From NCBI RefSeq assembly GCF_964355755.1, contig NC_092676.1:10641888-10705887 (forward strand): 64,000 nt of DNA, given 5' to 3'. Under the pieces are notes generated by a model. It searched no databases. It had not been told where the DNA came from and saw only the letters and a program-made list of their open reading frames with translations. Position 1 is the stretch's first letter. Each line of letters begins with the position of its first letter. Origin of the DNA: Antedon mediterranea. Taxonomy: Eukaryota; Animalia; Echinodermata. Shown here piece after piece: positions 12,285 through 27,200 of this stretch. The position numbers and the translations under genes were made by a program.

Positions 12285-15200
12285 TTAAGTCTTCATATCA
12301 TCAAACGGCAATTGTATTTCAGTTTCTTCGTCTTCATTCTTATCATCTCTAGTTTGCAATTCGTGTGAGTATCCACTGGACTTGGACCTCTTTGTCTTTC
12401 TGTACAGAATAATAGGTTTACAGCAGAAACAACTCATAAGAACTATTTATTATATTATTATTATTATTATTACACAGAAGTGAAAATATTGAAATTAAGT
12501 ATGCACTGTGTTAGAATCTGTTTCGAGAAAATTTATTTAAAAAATGTTATCAAGCTAATGGTATCAGCAAACTCAAATAAAAGCAAAGCTAGAAACCAAA
12601 CGATCTACTGCAGTTACTGCAGTGGCATTGCACTTGAGCCTATTCATGTGTATGGGCCGATGAGACTTTGGCCAAACTCATGTATAGACATACGTATCAT
12701 TTTCACATACACGAATATGTTTGAACCTATTTTTTTTTTCATTTGGGCAAAATCATTAGAGGGCTAATGTAATCTGAATTTCCTTGTATAATTCATGTTT
12801 AAATTCTGGTGGTAAAATGTGGTCTGTACCGCATTTAACAATATTATTTACGAATACATCTTAAACGTGTGAAATACATTCCACACGTCGAAACGCAATA
12901 CAAAACGCCGTCACCTACGGTATTAACGTCACGCTACACATAAAATGTGACGTATTGTAGTAAGCGAGTTTTATCTTAAACTGCTTAATTATTGCTTACT
13001 TTGGTGGGATAATTCACAATACTTCACCAGGTTAAATAACTAAGCCTGAGCTAAACATACCAACAATAAACATGCTATTACTGTATAATCATAGATGAAA
13101 AATATCATTTTTAAATGTACTGTATTGAAAACAAGAAAAATATATTTTTTCTATTTATTTAGGTCTGTTTTTAAATAATAATAATAATAATTGTTGTTAA
13201 TATTCCAGTTGGTGTATTGTAAGCACGTAGCGACGCGTACTTCTATTATTTTTACCCATTCCAATTTATTTTTGAATTCTGAATGATTGCTTTCAACATC
13301 CAATTTTTACTATGCCATTTTAATGTCACATAATAGTTATTCACTTATTTACCTGAAGAAATGTAATTTAAAGCAAAACATACTTAAATTGTCTGCAGAC
13401 CATGGTCTTTGGTTAAAATTTCTTTTGTCTTTTAATAAGTGAAATAATTAATTGGTTTTTTTTTTTTATAGAAATGAATAACTTTATTTAAACTGCAAAA
13501 TTGCCTATTTAAAGTCTGATTTTTTAAATCTTCATTTTTCATGGTTTTGGGGACAAGACATCTTTAAATTAGCTCCCATATTATTTATTTATCATTCGTC
13601 CGCCCGTTTGCATAAGTTAGCAAGTTTAATGTTTGATGCCTATACTTACTTTCCGAAATGTTCCCCTTCTTCAATTGTTTCTGGAAGGCTAATGCCTTTC
13701 GTTTCTGGTAGTAACAACCCCAGAAGACCTGCTGTAACTGAGAGAGAGCTAAACAACACTAATGGTAGAGGTTTCCATATTTCCGATATCACAAGTGCCA
13801 TAGGCGAAATTATGCTTCCCATTCGCCCTGCCATTGAAGCTAAGCCCATCGCAGTGGTTCTATGTAATGCAATATAAACAGTGTACATTTTTCCTGCTTA
13901 TACTACTTTGTAAGCAAAATGATAAATGTGAAAAAATAAAGATGATGAATTGTTTTCTAAGGTATTTTCAGTTTAAATCAGATTGGTTAAAAAATACATT
14001 ACAATAACAACACTAGAATGTAATAAATTACATGCATGCATTGTTCACATTTTGTCACGAGGTGTACACTTAAAACAGCACTTAGACAATCTGTTTTTAT
14101 GCACATTTAAAGCAAATAATAGTGATAATAATAGCAATGGTAATGAAAATGATGATAATAAGACTGATATAAAAATCAGTGAAACCAATACCTTAGAGGA
14201 GTTGGAAACAATTCGGCTGAGTAAACATAAACAATACCGAAAGCAGCAGTAAATGAAAATTTACCACCCATAGCAACCATAACACGATACATTCCAGGTT
14301 CTATAACAAAGAATAAATTAAAACAGCAAATAAATCAGCGTAACTCTGACTTTTAAAGTTACAGTATCTAGGCAAATTACATTCAACGTATCATATGCAC
14401 ATATCGTCAATAGTTCTACTGAGATTTATAGAATATCCCAATAGTAAGGGACATAATGTAACGTCATTTATTTTTCTGTAGGTGCTTCCTAAGACCCATC
14501 TAAACAACATATCAAAAATTGACAAAATGGGAAGAAAAATTGCTAATTTGCATATAACTAAAATTGCCGTTTTCTCTAAATTTTACCCAAATATCAGTAT
14601 TAAAGCATCTGATTTTGGCAAATATTTGTTCAATTCAAGTCATTAAAACACATTTTTTTTGCAAGAAAATATCACTGGAAATGTTTAAACCTACTATTAG
14701 GCTTAAAAATTACAAATGACAAACATACTTCAAAATGGCCGCCACTTTTTTCAAAGGGGAAAGTTTGAGAAAGATGTATAGTTCTTAAACCTGATTTATT
14801 AGAATAAAAAAACCTGCATTTCAGTGAAACCTTATAGCTAGACCATTTTATGTATAAACTATTTAGGTATACCAAAAGATTATGATATTATGAATTGATT
14901 CGTTGGCACTATAAATAAGCAACAAAAAAACCAGCTCCTTCTCTGATTTCTGAGGCATACTTCCAACCATGATCTTCATTTTCCAACTAAGTTAACCTAT
15001 CACACTTAATGATCGCAGTAGAAGTCTTTGTAGTAGATGAAAGAACCTTCAGTTTGGCATGAGGCACTATTCAAGATTCAACTTTATTTCGTCCACATAG
15101 AAAAATATTTTAAGTGCTTTTCACAATATAGTACAAAAATATATAAAACGTTTCATATAAAAATAATTAATCACAATATTCAACACAACAGAAAGTGAGC

Positions 15201-18200
15201 ACACTCTCAACAATCGAAGAGTAAAATAAATTTAATACAGTTCTATCTATCCCATAATTTCTCAGTTTTCAGAGAAAGAACAGTCGTGTATTTCCTTTTT
15301 TTTATAGTATTTTTACAGTGTTTCTCCCAGCTAAATTTGTTATCAACAGTCACACCTAGGTATTTGTAGCTTTCAACAGATTCAATTTCCTGATTATTAA
15401 TTTTTAGGGGAGCCAGAGCAGTACATGTTTTTTCGAAAATCAATTATTACTTCTTTGGTTTTCTTTTCGTTTAGTAAGAGGCAATTTGTCTTACACCAAT
15501 TCAAAAAAAGCAACGATTTCATCATGATATTCAGTTTCACTAGCTCTGTTTTTTTAATAGGCCAACAATGGCGGTGTCATCCGCGTATTTTAAATAATGT
15601 ATGCTACTAGAAGTTGACTTACAGTCATTGGTATATAAAATAAATAAGAGGGGGCTTAACACACATCCTTGGGGTGATCCTATATTTGTGTTGATCACAC
15701 TCGAGTTATAGTTACCAAGAGATACCTTCTGTGTTCGATTACATAAGAAACTTTCAATCTATTTAATTATGGATGGGTTCACCTCTAGCTTAATCAATTT
15801 ATCTATTAAGATGGCAGGATCAAGCGTATTAAATGCTGAGGAGAAGTCAGCAAAGGTAACTCTCGCATTTCATCGAAGAACCATCTTACTGGAATAAACT
15901 CCAGTCTACTCTAGAACAAAATGACCTCGCTCCCTATATTAAAGTACAATATTAAAAAGATGATATTTGAAACATATTGCTAGCTACTATTGCTACTGCA
16001 CAATGGAGTTGTAAATATTTTGCTTAATCTCACTTTGTTTTTTTCTTTTTCTGTCTAAAAATATTTTGTTATGTAATGCGTTCGTCTATGTTTTATGTTT
16101 AGACTACAAAGACAAGCCATTTTGGCTTCTGTGTATCTAACCCATAAAACTGTTAAATGTTGAATAAATGTTGTTAAATATTAATATGTTTCCAATTCCA
16201 TTTTGATTTGTGGAATTCTATCACTTTATCATATACGTGATTGATACTTGCTTGCTTGATGTTAATGTTATAGAGACTAAAATGAAGTATCTACCTAGAG
16301 TAGTTACGGTGATACGTAAATCCTGTCTGAAAGTTACCTTAATCCTTTGAAAATAAGGTCAGAGGTCATTTTGGACAAACTGTTTAATCATAAGAATTGG
16401 AATTAAACCTGTTTATTTTGAACAATTAAGGGGAAAAATAACTCTCTACAACTAGCGGCTGGCGTTCTATGGATATTCTGTTTTTAACCCTTAATTTGCA
16501 TATTCCAGCTGAGTCAATTTACATATATGTTCCAAAGGTATGACCGAGGTGTGATTTGTGGAACTCCATAGAGACTAAATTAAAGTTTCTTCCTATAGTA
16601 GTTATGGAAATACATAAATCCTGTGAAAATTACATAATTCTTTGAAAATAAGGTCAGAGGTCAAATACGACATTTCCTGTCATTTTTTTTTAAAACAAAT
16701 TCCATAAGAAGGAATACAGGTATATATATATATATATGAGACATTTTCTCATTCTCACAGATTTCCTCATCTTTATCGTTTCAAATTAATTAATTAAATT
16801 TCTGTATATCACCGGACGGTTTAGAATTAATGTTCTTTGCCTGTTGTGTTTATATATATAAAAAGTATCTCTTTGGAGATCCCGCCTCGTGAATAAAAAT
16901 ACTGAAAGATGAGGGCGTATCAATTTGATCTCTGTTGCTCGTGCGTACAACTGAGGACTAGTGCTGTTCCGAAGTACCACGTCCAGAAGGTTAACGAGTC
17001 GCAATCCAATCGAGTTTGAACAATACCATGAAAGCCCCAGTGGTCTAATGGTTAGGACATCTGCATATCAAGCAGGCGGTCCGAGTTCGAGTCTCGGTTG
17101 GGGCGACTTTTTCTCATTTTGACAGATTTCCTCATCTTTATCGTTTCAAATTAATTAATTACATTTCAGTATATCACCGGGCGGTTTCGAATTAATGTTC
17201 ATTGTCTAATGTGTTTATATATATAAAAATATCTCTTCGGAGATCCCGCCTCGTGAATAAAAATACTGAAAGACGATCGAGGGCGTATCAATTTGATCTC
17301 TGGTGCGCGTGCGTACAACTGAGGACTAGTGCTGTTCCGCCGTACCACGCCGAGAATGTTAAAGAGTCGCTATCCCATCGAGTTTGAACAATACCATGAA
17401 AGCCCCAGTGGTCCAATGGTTAGGACACCTGCATATCAAGCAGGCGGTCCAAGTTCGAGTCTCGGTTGGGGCGACTTTTTCTGATTCTCACAGATTTTTT
17501 CATCTTTATCGTTTCAAATTAATTAATTAAATTTCAGTATATCACCGGGCGGTTTAGAATTAATGTTCATTTCCTAATGTGTTTATATATATATATATAT
17601 CCAATCGAGTTCAAACAATACCATGAAAGCCCCAGTGGTCTAATGGTTAGGACATCTGCATATCAAGCAGGCGGTCCGAGTTCGAGTCTAGGTTGGGGCG
17701 ACTTTTTCTCATTCTCACATATTTCCTCATCTTTATCGTTTCAAATTAATTAATTAAATTTCAGTATATCACCGGGCGGTTTCGAATTAATGTTCATTGC
17801 CTAATGTGTTTATATATATATATGTTCTGAACAATTTAGTAAAAAATTAACTCTCTACAATTCGCGGCTGGCGTTTTATGTGTACCCTATATTTTTACCC
17901 TTAATTTGCATATTTCAGCTAATTTGCATATGTTTTTAATATGTGACCGAGGTGTTATTTGTAGAATGTCATCTCCACACATATGTGTTCAATTTTTTTC
18001 AAAGGAGCCTTGTTTGCAATCTGTCTGACTTTAAATTCTAGATTGCCTTACTATACATGATATATAGACAAATACTGTAGAAAGTAGAAATTTTGATGTA
18101 TATACATTAACCTAATTTCTTCAACTCCTTTTTTTCTCCATTTTTTATATGTTGTTCTGATAGGTCTTTAGAGACATTTACCAAAGAAAAAAAAATTATG

Positions 18201-21200
18201 TTCTAATTTTGTCTAGGTATACCCATTTGTTTAGTCGCATGCAAACGCGACTCTACAGCTCACTATCGGTCGGTTGGTCGGTCGGTAAATACTAACTCAA
18301 ATTTGCGCACGCGACTGCAGCAATGTATATGGCCTTGTTTTGCTACATTGACCGGACTAAATCGAGTTTTAACAATATCATTAAAGCCCCAGTGGTCTAA
18401 TGGTTAGGACATCAGCATATATCAAGCAGAAGGATCCGGGTTCGAATCTCGATTGGGGCGACTTTTTCTCATTCTCACAGATTTCCTCATCTTTATCGTT
18501 TTAATTAATTAAATTTCAGTATATCATCGGGCGGTTTAGAATTCATGTTATGTGCCTGATATATATATTTATTTCAAAATATAGGTGGAATACTGAAACT
18601 CACCAATAAAAACCGTAATCAAGCAACATGCCCCTCCAGACAATATTACAATAGCCAACATCGGACGCCTTCCGAAGCGATCTATGGAAAAAATACTAAA
18701 TATACGAGCAGGAATCTCAACCAGGCCAGACAGCATGAATGCAATGTAAGGGTCAATACCTAGACCATCAGTGCTCAAGGAAAGACCGTAAAACACCATT
18801 ACCACCACAAACCTGTAAATAAATAAACAATGTAATCAAGTTTAATTACAAAGGAAAAGTAATATTTCGTTCATACAATTGTTTAAAGAAATATTTGGTT
18901 TATTAGGCTCTCTGTAGAGCGATACTCTGTTGAATTTCATTATTTTCTCATTTTTTGTGCAGATCTCTGAAACGACGAAAGCAGTTATGTTTTAACTTGA
19001 CCAAAAGATGCAGGTATATGCAAAGATTGTATAGCGCCGCTACGCGGCGCAAGATAGCTAACTGTTGCAAAGCTCCTATCTTATAATACTACGCGCCCTA
19101 TAAATCAATGGACGCCATATTCGGGCGGACAAAATACCACAGGTTATAGAGGGGTGTCTAGAAAACTCAGATCTCAGTTTTTTTCTTAATTTTCAGACCT
19201 GTTATTGTTTAAATATTTTTCAATTTTTCAAAAGCCGGCGATCAGTCTTAAAGTAACAAGTAAACTGAAATTGCATTTTCTCGAGAACTAATTGTCCAAA
19301 AAACTTCATATTTGTACAAGAGGCATGAGCTATAATTTGTGATTTGTAATTTAAAAACATAATTTGATTTAACTTACAGGTTTTTTATACGAGTAGTAAA
19401 AAACCTATTTCTTTTTTCACCAGTTTGTTTTTGGCGTTGCTTCTCTATTGTTAGTCAACTGATACTATTGTTAGTTGAAAGGCTGGTAATTAAACCATTA
19501 CACCAAATTCGCATACACATGCTTGAAGTGAAATTAGCATAAATCACACACAGCATTAAGACACACACAAATATATATATTTTCCCGGAGAAATCTTATG
19601 TAGGAGAATTTTACCTTATGCACTCTCGGAGTGGCTTTCTAGTTTGTTTCGTTTTTTGTTTGATTGATTTTTTTATGTTACTTAGTACGTCGTAGCAATT
19701 CAGATTCAGGACAGCAATTTGATCTTTCTTTACGTTTCATTGCTTGTTAGATTCGAAAGTTCATTATTTTTCTACAAAGCATTTGCCAAAAGAACAACCT
19801 AGGTTTACGGCTTCATCTGTACTGTACTGTCTGCTGGTGAAGTAATGATTATTGCAAGCGACAATTGTACATAGTCCGTAGGGTCTTTGTTATCCAATTA
19901 GAAGCGATCTAATATATAAAATTTCGGTTTGGGTCTTTCGGAGGACCCAGCATCATCAAAACTATATTGACATTAAATAGATCATCTGCTTGCAGCACTT
20001 TGCAATTTCTAGTTATCTATACAGGTATATAAATTATGCTTCGGGAAAGATCTACGCCTTGGTTACTTACCTCATCTATCTCAGATGTAACGCGAAACGT
20101 AGATTTGATAACATTAGTTCTCACATGGATTAAGAAATAAAAGGAAATGCATCAGTTTTAGATCAAAGCTTCAATGACTCTAGCTGACAGAGCACGGACC
20201 GCCCACAATGTTACAAAATAAACACAGTTTAATTAACCGTCGTTAACAACGAAACGATGGCGTGTTTAATTATACTAGAGGGTGAGCTCGCTTCGGTCGC
20301 TCCCCCTCTAGGAAGTGTAGACGATGGTTCTCGGAATGATAATGTTCTCCTTATACATTTTCTGTCGGTTACCATTATTGAAAATGCTTGACATTCGTAA
20401 AACTGAACTACTTTGTTTCACAGTGTTAATGATTAATAACATTTTAAAGTATAGTTTTTATTGTTTGGTAGGGCCCGTTGGGGAGGCGGAGGTCATTTGA
20501 GGGAGGTGCTTATTCGAGGGATATATGTTAAATTTTTTAGTTCTAATAATATGGTAACATTTATAATCAAATGAAATCCTCTCATAGATATGAAAAGTGG
20601 TAAAAAAGAATAACAAATGCTTGGTAAATTGCAGATAACAGTGCGGTGAATTCCACTACAAATAGTATAATTGTGTTATTATAAATATGTGGATGGACGT
20701 TTATTAGATAGTTGGGTTGTGGGGGGGGGGGGGGGTTATTATTCAAAGTGATGTTTTATTGGAGAGTATCAAGTATCAAGTATCAAGTATAATCTTTATT
20801 CGTTCCCACAAGGAGAAAATTTACATTGCTCGTCTTCAAATACATTATAATTACAATATATAAAATAACATGACAATACAACAATACCAATATTAAAAAC
20901 TCACAACAAGAACAAATTATTACATATTAAAAAAAAATGTCTTATCAAATCTCCCTATGTAATTTTATAATACTATTCCCCACAATATATTCTGATTCTT
21001 TATGGCGTATATTTAATTTGATCTTTATTAATTTGCAGTATAATTCCTATTATTTAACTACTGTACCTTCACACACGTGTGGTATGTTTTAAAATAAACA
21101 AAAAACTGAAATGGCTATGATTAATGGCCAATTTTTTTTTCGTCTTCCAAAGGGACACTGTATTGATTGATGGAAAGTGCCTGTTTCCAGTCACCTTTAG

Positions 21201-24200
21201 GGTCAAATCTATTATTTTAACTGCTCCCTTGTGTATAAAAGTGAGAAAATATTTGAAACTAAGACCCCATTTACACTTACGATTTAGGCCGGCCCTGGGT
21301 CGGCCCTGGGTCGGCAATTGATAAGTGTAAATACTCCAAAAAGTTAGGCCGGCCCTGGGCCGGACGCAGATCTGGGCCACCTCTCCAGGTAGGTTCAGGA
21401 GCGGCTTTTACGTTTGGGCCGGCTTACGCAGTGAACCGTGAACAACGTTTGACCTTTTTATGAGGTTGTTGTTATGACGATCCGACATTCTCAGTAGGCC
21501 TACATACCTTCCTCCTTTTCGGGCGACAATTTGTTTTCTTCATTATATAGTTAAATTTATTTTCAGACATCTTCTTTCAATAAAGTATTCCTCCGCTTGT
21601 TTCGCATATACATAAAATATAGCCACATTATATATAAAACAGTGGGGTTCATTTTGTTTTTAATGGGACAAAAAACAACAATACAGTACTATAAATATAA
21701 AACGGTCGGTTCGCGCGGAGAGTTGAATTGACGATCGAGAGAGAAAAATGCAATGGTACTTCCGATAAAATTATTTACGACCAGTAATCTGCGTCGGTAG
21801 TGTAAACGCTCTGGGCCGGCCTAAAAAGTAAATATTTGCAACCGGCCCAGGACCGACCCAGGACCGGCCCTGGACCCAAACGAAAGTGTAAATGGGGTCT
21901 ATGGTGAAATTATCTTAAACCCGGAAATTACTTTGACCGGGAAGAATTGAAATTGAGAGAAAAATCCAATGTTGAAATCATAAATGTTGTTAAAAAACTC
22001 TTTATAACATCTTCCTAAGATATAAATATGGAACAATAGCGTCAGCGTGCACACTAATGTTATCAAATCTACGTTTCGCGGTACATCTCGGATAGATAAG
22101 GTAGGTATCCAAGGCGGAGATTTGTACCGAAGTTTTTGCATTGTGCTCGCCTATGTCAGAATTAACCATAATTTATATATAGATTGTTTACTCTACATGC
22201 TCAACAACCTTTATAGTCCAGTAAAGATAAGTCAAAAACAGGGTGGACCTAGAACAAATTGCAACATAATTCTTTTTTGTTTTGTCTGGTAAATATGGTT
22301 CAAATGAATATCATATCCAAAGTTTACCAAAATCGGACATCAGGAAGTGGGTTAATTAGCATAAATTCAAAATGGCCGCCATTTGCTATTTTGAAGCCTC
22401 ATATCTCTCTAACGGTTGGATTTACACCACCTAAGTGCATTACGAGTAGATATAAATGTGATATTAAACATTCTAATTAGCATATTTAAATTCCCATATG
22501 ACCTATACCTATGACCTATGACATCATATGGTAGTTGTGACGTCATATAATATTATGTTATAACTGTTTCAATGACATACTATGCGAACAATTTAGGAAC
22601 TGCAAGAAAACATGTTTCTTGACATTCTCCTTGTTGAAATGAAAATTATTTCCAAAGTTTACCAAAATCGGACGTCAGGAAGTGGGTTGATTAGCATACA
22701 TTCAAAATGGCCGCTATTTATCATACCATTTTGAAGTTCCATATCTCCTTAACGCTTGGTTTTAGACCACCTAAGTGCATTGCGAGTAGATATAAATGTG
22801 ATATTAAACTTTCCAATTAGCATATTCAAATTGCCATTATAACGTACTTAAGATGTCATAAGACATATGACGTCATATTCACGTCATATGGTACTTTAAA
22901 TGTGCTAATTGGGAAGTTTATTGTCACATTTATATCTACTCGCAATGCACGTTGGTGGTCTAAAACCACCATTAAGGAGATATAGGGCTTCAAAATGATA
23001 TTGTAATTAATAGTGCCATTTTGAATTTATGCTAATTAACACACTTCCTGACATCCGATTTTGATAAACTTTGGAAATTATGTTCATTTCAACAAGGAGA
23101 ATGTTAGGAAATTTGTTTTTCTGCAGTTTATAAATTGTTCGCATAGTATAATGTCATTTAAGCATTTATAACATAATTTATTTTATTTTATTTTATTTTA
23201 TTTTATTTTATTTTATTCAATCAAAACCAACAGCGATAAATACCGCCACTAACAGGTTTGAAACATAAAACAATACAACATCAAAAAACGGTTAACAATA
23301 AAATACAGATAAAATATATCGACGTCACAACTACCATAAGACGTTATAGGTACGTCATATGAAAATTTAAATATGCTAATTAGAATGTTTAATATCACAT
23401 TTATATCTACTCGTAATGCACTTAGGTGGTCTTAATCCAACCGTTAAGGAGATATGAGTCTTTAAAATTGCAAATGGCGGCCATTTTGAATTTATGCTAA
23501 TTAACCCACTTCCCCATGTCCGATTTTGGTAAACTTTAGATATGATGTTCATGTTCACCATATCAACCAAATAAAACAAAAAAAATTCTGTTTCAATTTG
23601 TTCTAGGTTCAACCATATTTTTACTTGACTACTATGCATTCATTATTGCCAGCGATCTAGCTATTAAACAGTAGCTAGGTACGCACTTGTCTGGCGGTAT
23701 CCCTTTGTACGAATCGTTCAACGTTGGCTCCGGACGCGTGATATCATGTTCCATCCAGGGACCAAAAGTGTATTGTAGTTACTTTCCAGGCGAAGTTTAT
23801 CGACGGTTACGTCGTGTACTGTGTGTGGACGTACGCTACACTACAGGAAAAACGAATTATGTTAATTGTTCGTATGTTCACAAATGTTTTGATTTACAAG
23901 TAACCCTGTACCATGGGGCACTTAAAATATATATTTCATACATTACTAAACAAAAAACATGCTATTTTCGCTTAGCCAACATCTTATTATAGCTAAGTTA
24001 TTAAATTTTAAAATGTCCTGTATGAACTTCTCAACACTCGGAAGTCCAGATGGACGTACGCACGCATACACTTGAAAAGTAGGCTATAAACTGATTTCCC
24101 CGACTACTAAAAGGTTCTACGCTTGCGGACGCACCCCACCTCCCCCTCTAAAATAAAGGCAAAACGGACCACTTTTTTTAAGCCTCTAGGCCCGATGTTT

Positions 24201-27200
24201 CCATAGTATAAGATGCAATTTTTGAATACCTGCAGCTCTAGTTTTAAACATTTTCTTAGCTCAGCCCAAACCATAAAGCTGGTCATATTTCGAAGAATAA
24301 TAAGTTCATTTTCCGGGACCTAACAGCTCTATTTTTCAAAAATGTCTTAGCTCAGTCACAACCATGATAGGGACTATATTTTGTTTCTTGTTTTGAAGTA
24401 TAATAAGTCCAATTTCCGGGACCTCCAACTCTATTTTTCTAAATTTTCTTAGCTCCATCCCAACCACGGTTGTCTGTTTCTGTAGACTTGTAATTTCGTT
24501 TCATAGTATCTTTAATATGTATATAAATTAATTGCGACTTCCGGGGACCTAGCAGCTCTATTTTTCAAAATTTTCTTACAGATTAGCCCAAGGCACGCAT
24601 TTACCATTTTTGCACCCCCCAGACAGCAACCAGCATACGGTACGCCTATGCGATAAACAATATAGGCACACCTCTTCGCCTGTGGGTAGCCTACGCTTTA
24701 CGTTTGCGTATATTAATTTTTCTAAGCTACAATTTACCCGATAGATATAGCCATATTTTGAACTTTTTTTTAAATTGAAAAATATGGATTGAAACAGTCA
24801 TCATCGTGCATCGTGTTTTTGTACGCAGTATTTTATTTATGCATTATAAAAAATGGAAAAAGTGGCTACCCTAAATCTTATTAAAATGGCCTCAAATGAC
24901 GCTAGAACGCGTTGCTTCCGGGGGCATCGCCCCCTCGACCCCTACCTTGGCGGCCCCCTGGCCCCCAGCCTAGTGATGCTCGCTTCCCTCGCATAGCCCC
25001 CTCGTCGGGGAATGTAGCCCCCGCTTCTGGAAAATCCTTGCGCCACCGCTGTCTTAGGACTCCCCACCCTCTTCTTGTGTACATATCTATAAGAGTCGCT
25101 TAGTGGCAACTGTGCGAAATCAATAGTCTTTGTGTGTCATTTACACATGTCTACTATTCAACACAGTTAGACTGCAAAAAACACGTTGTTTACCAACATT
25201 TATATTTCATATTCTTCGTTAATAAATTAAGGATCGATTTTACATCCGATTTGTTTACAATGTCAATTCACGATAACAGGAAACTGTTGTCTTTAGGCGC
25301 ACGATACTGTAAGTGAATTGGGTGAATGACTACTAACCAGTTATACATAACATTGATTGTCTTTTTACGTAAGTTAGGAGTGCGAAATAAATCCAACGCT
25401 GTATATTTTCGCTCTTTTTTCATCTGGAAAATAAAAAGTTTTTGTTTTAAGATTAAAGCAAAAACCTGATACAGTACAGTGCAATACATCCCTTCATGAG
25501 AAGAGTTAATGTGAGCCGTATATGTAGGCCTACATAGAACACTGAAGATCGGAACTATTTCTGCGTTTTTGGGGGGTTTACGTAGTGTAGTAGCATTGTT
25601 TGTTGCTTATCTTTAAAATAGGCCTACAAAAAATGTATTAAGCTATATTCACACTTTTCTCGTTTCACGGTTTAGTGTTAAATGTGTACCTGTATCTTAT
25701 CACCAAACGGATGCTCTGCAATTGTAACTTTACTAGCACGTGCGAATTTGTGTACAATTTTCTCAGCCTTTGTGACCTCACCTTGTGAGAGCAACCACCT
25801 TGCAGACTCTGGTAGGAAACTAAAATAACAAGAACTAAATTTGACATGTAGGCCTACTCTCTAGAAGACTGTTTACATTTTAACGTTTTAAATTCTATTC
25901 TACTTTTTGTATTAGTATTTATCTATCAATATAGTATTGTAATTAAAACAGTGTACAGTTACTGTAGGACAAAACAAAATGTTTCATCGACATTATAAGA
26001 AGAATATTAATCTAAAAAACTCACGGCATATATAGAGCTGCTACTCCAGTTGGCACAGAGAGAACTATCTGTAACTTTCTCCAGTCACGGACAAGATAGC
26101 CAAACAAGGCTAGTACCATGATTCCCAAACTCCAGTATATAGGCATCACGTTTCCAGCAACATTTCTCCATTTTAAACCAACCAATTCGGTTGCTATAAT
26201 ATAATATTTAAAGCAAAATTATTCAAGATCAAAATTAAATGTAAGAAAATGAATTTTATATTAATAATTACGCCATATATGGCCCTGAATACAGTAGAAC
26301 ATATTCTACCGCACATAATATTCTCTAAAATGTTACAAAAATGCTAACCAAGCCATAGTAAGTTTTTCTTCAATGTTGTTAAACGTAAAATAGTTCATTT
26401 CATTGCCCAAATAATATTTTCATAATATAAATTATTTGTTTTATGTTAGCAAGTTATATGTATTTATTTTACTGTACAATGAACTAATATATGTATTATG
26501 TACAGTAATGTGCCATATAAGGATACATAAATGAAATTAAAAATTAATATTCCTTTCTATTTTTTAAGTAATACCGGAAACTGAATATGAAATTATGATA
26601 AATTATATCTCAATCCTAATTCTCCATCACAATTAAATTAAATGAGACACACAATTAAGCAGTCTAGTTGATTTAATTTATAAATCTGTAAAGAAAAAAA
26701 ACCCAGAAAATATATAACACAATATCAGATCACGTTAGAGTATAACGTACCCATCACAAACGATATTAGATATATTCCTATGGTTGCCGTGGCAATGATA
26801 AATCGTAGAATACAGTATGCGGTAAAAGATTGGATAAATGATAACGCTAAACCAAATGAAGACTGCATTACAGCACAGATGATTAATGTAGGTTTACGAC
26901 CAATCCTATAAATAATGAATTAAAGTGGTTGGATTAATATGTTAACAAAAGTGCCATTGTATTAATAGAAATAATCGTATAATACATTTAGTAAGTGAAA
27001 TTAAAGAAAATAACTACAGTACTGTTGTTCTAATGACATACCAGAAAATATTTCTTTTGATCTCCAAGCAGTCACCAAAAACTAAGCTCATTGTCAGTAA
27101 ATAAGGCAACTGGTAGTGTAATATAATTCCCAAAAAATGGAAACACGCCAATGTTTCTTTTATTATTTAAGGCTGGTGATCGGGGCAATCCAGAGAATTA

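Larger units (their letters stand above)
16721..17822 (+). mobile_element. Tandem array of ~365-bp (TA)n-bounded units, each with an internal tRNA-like gene
   Basis: Partial 3' piece 16740-16860, full units ~16861-17224 and ~17225-17600, and a 5'-truncated unit 17601-17822, all separated and flanked by (TA)n. A solo partial copy lies at 18360-18566. Confidence 0.8.
16205..17970. repeat. ~300-bp tandem repeat (about 2 units) interrupted by the tRNA-containing array
   Basis: tagagactaaa...aaataaggtcagaggtca at 16271-16368 and 16569-16663; actctctaca...gcggctggcgtt...tgaccgaggtgt at 16441-16552 and 17850-17954. Confidence 0.8.

Noticed and set aside
16861-17224. Hammerhead ribozyme in the tRNA-bearing unit (ctgagga at 16951)
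   Set aside because: No properly placed GAAA or closing stems found on either strand.
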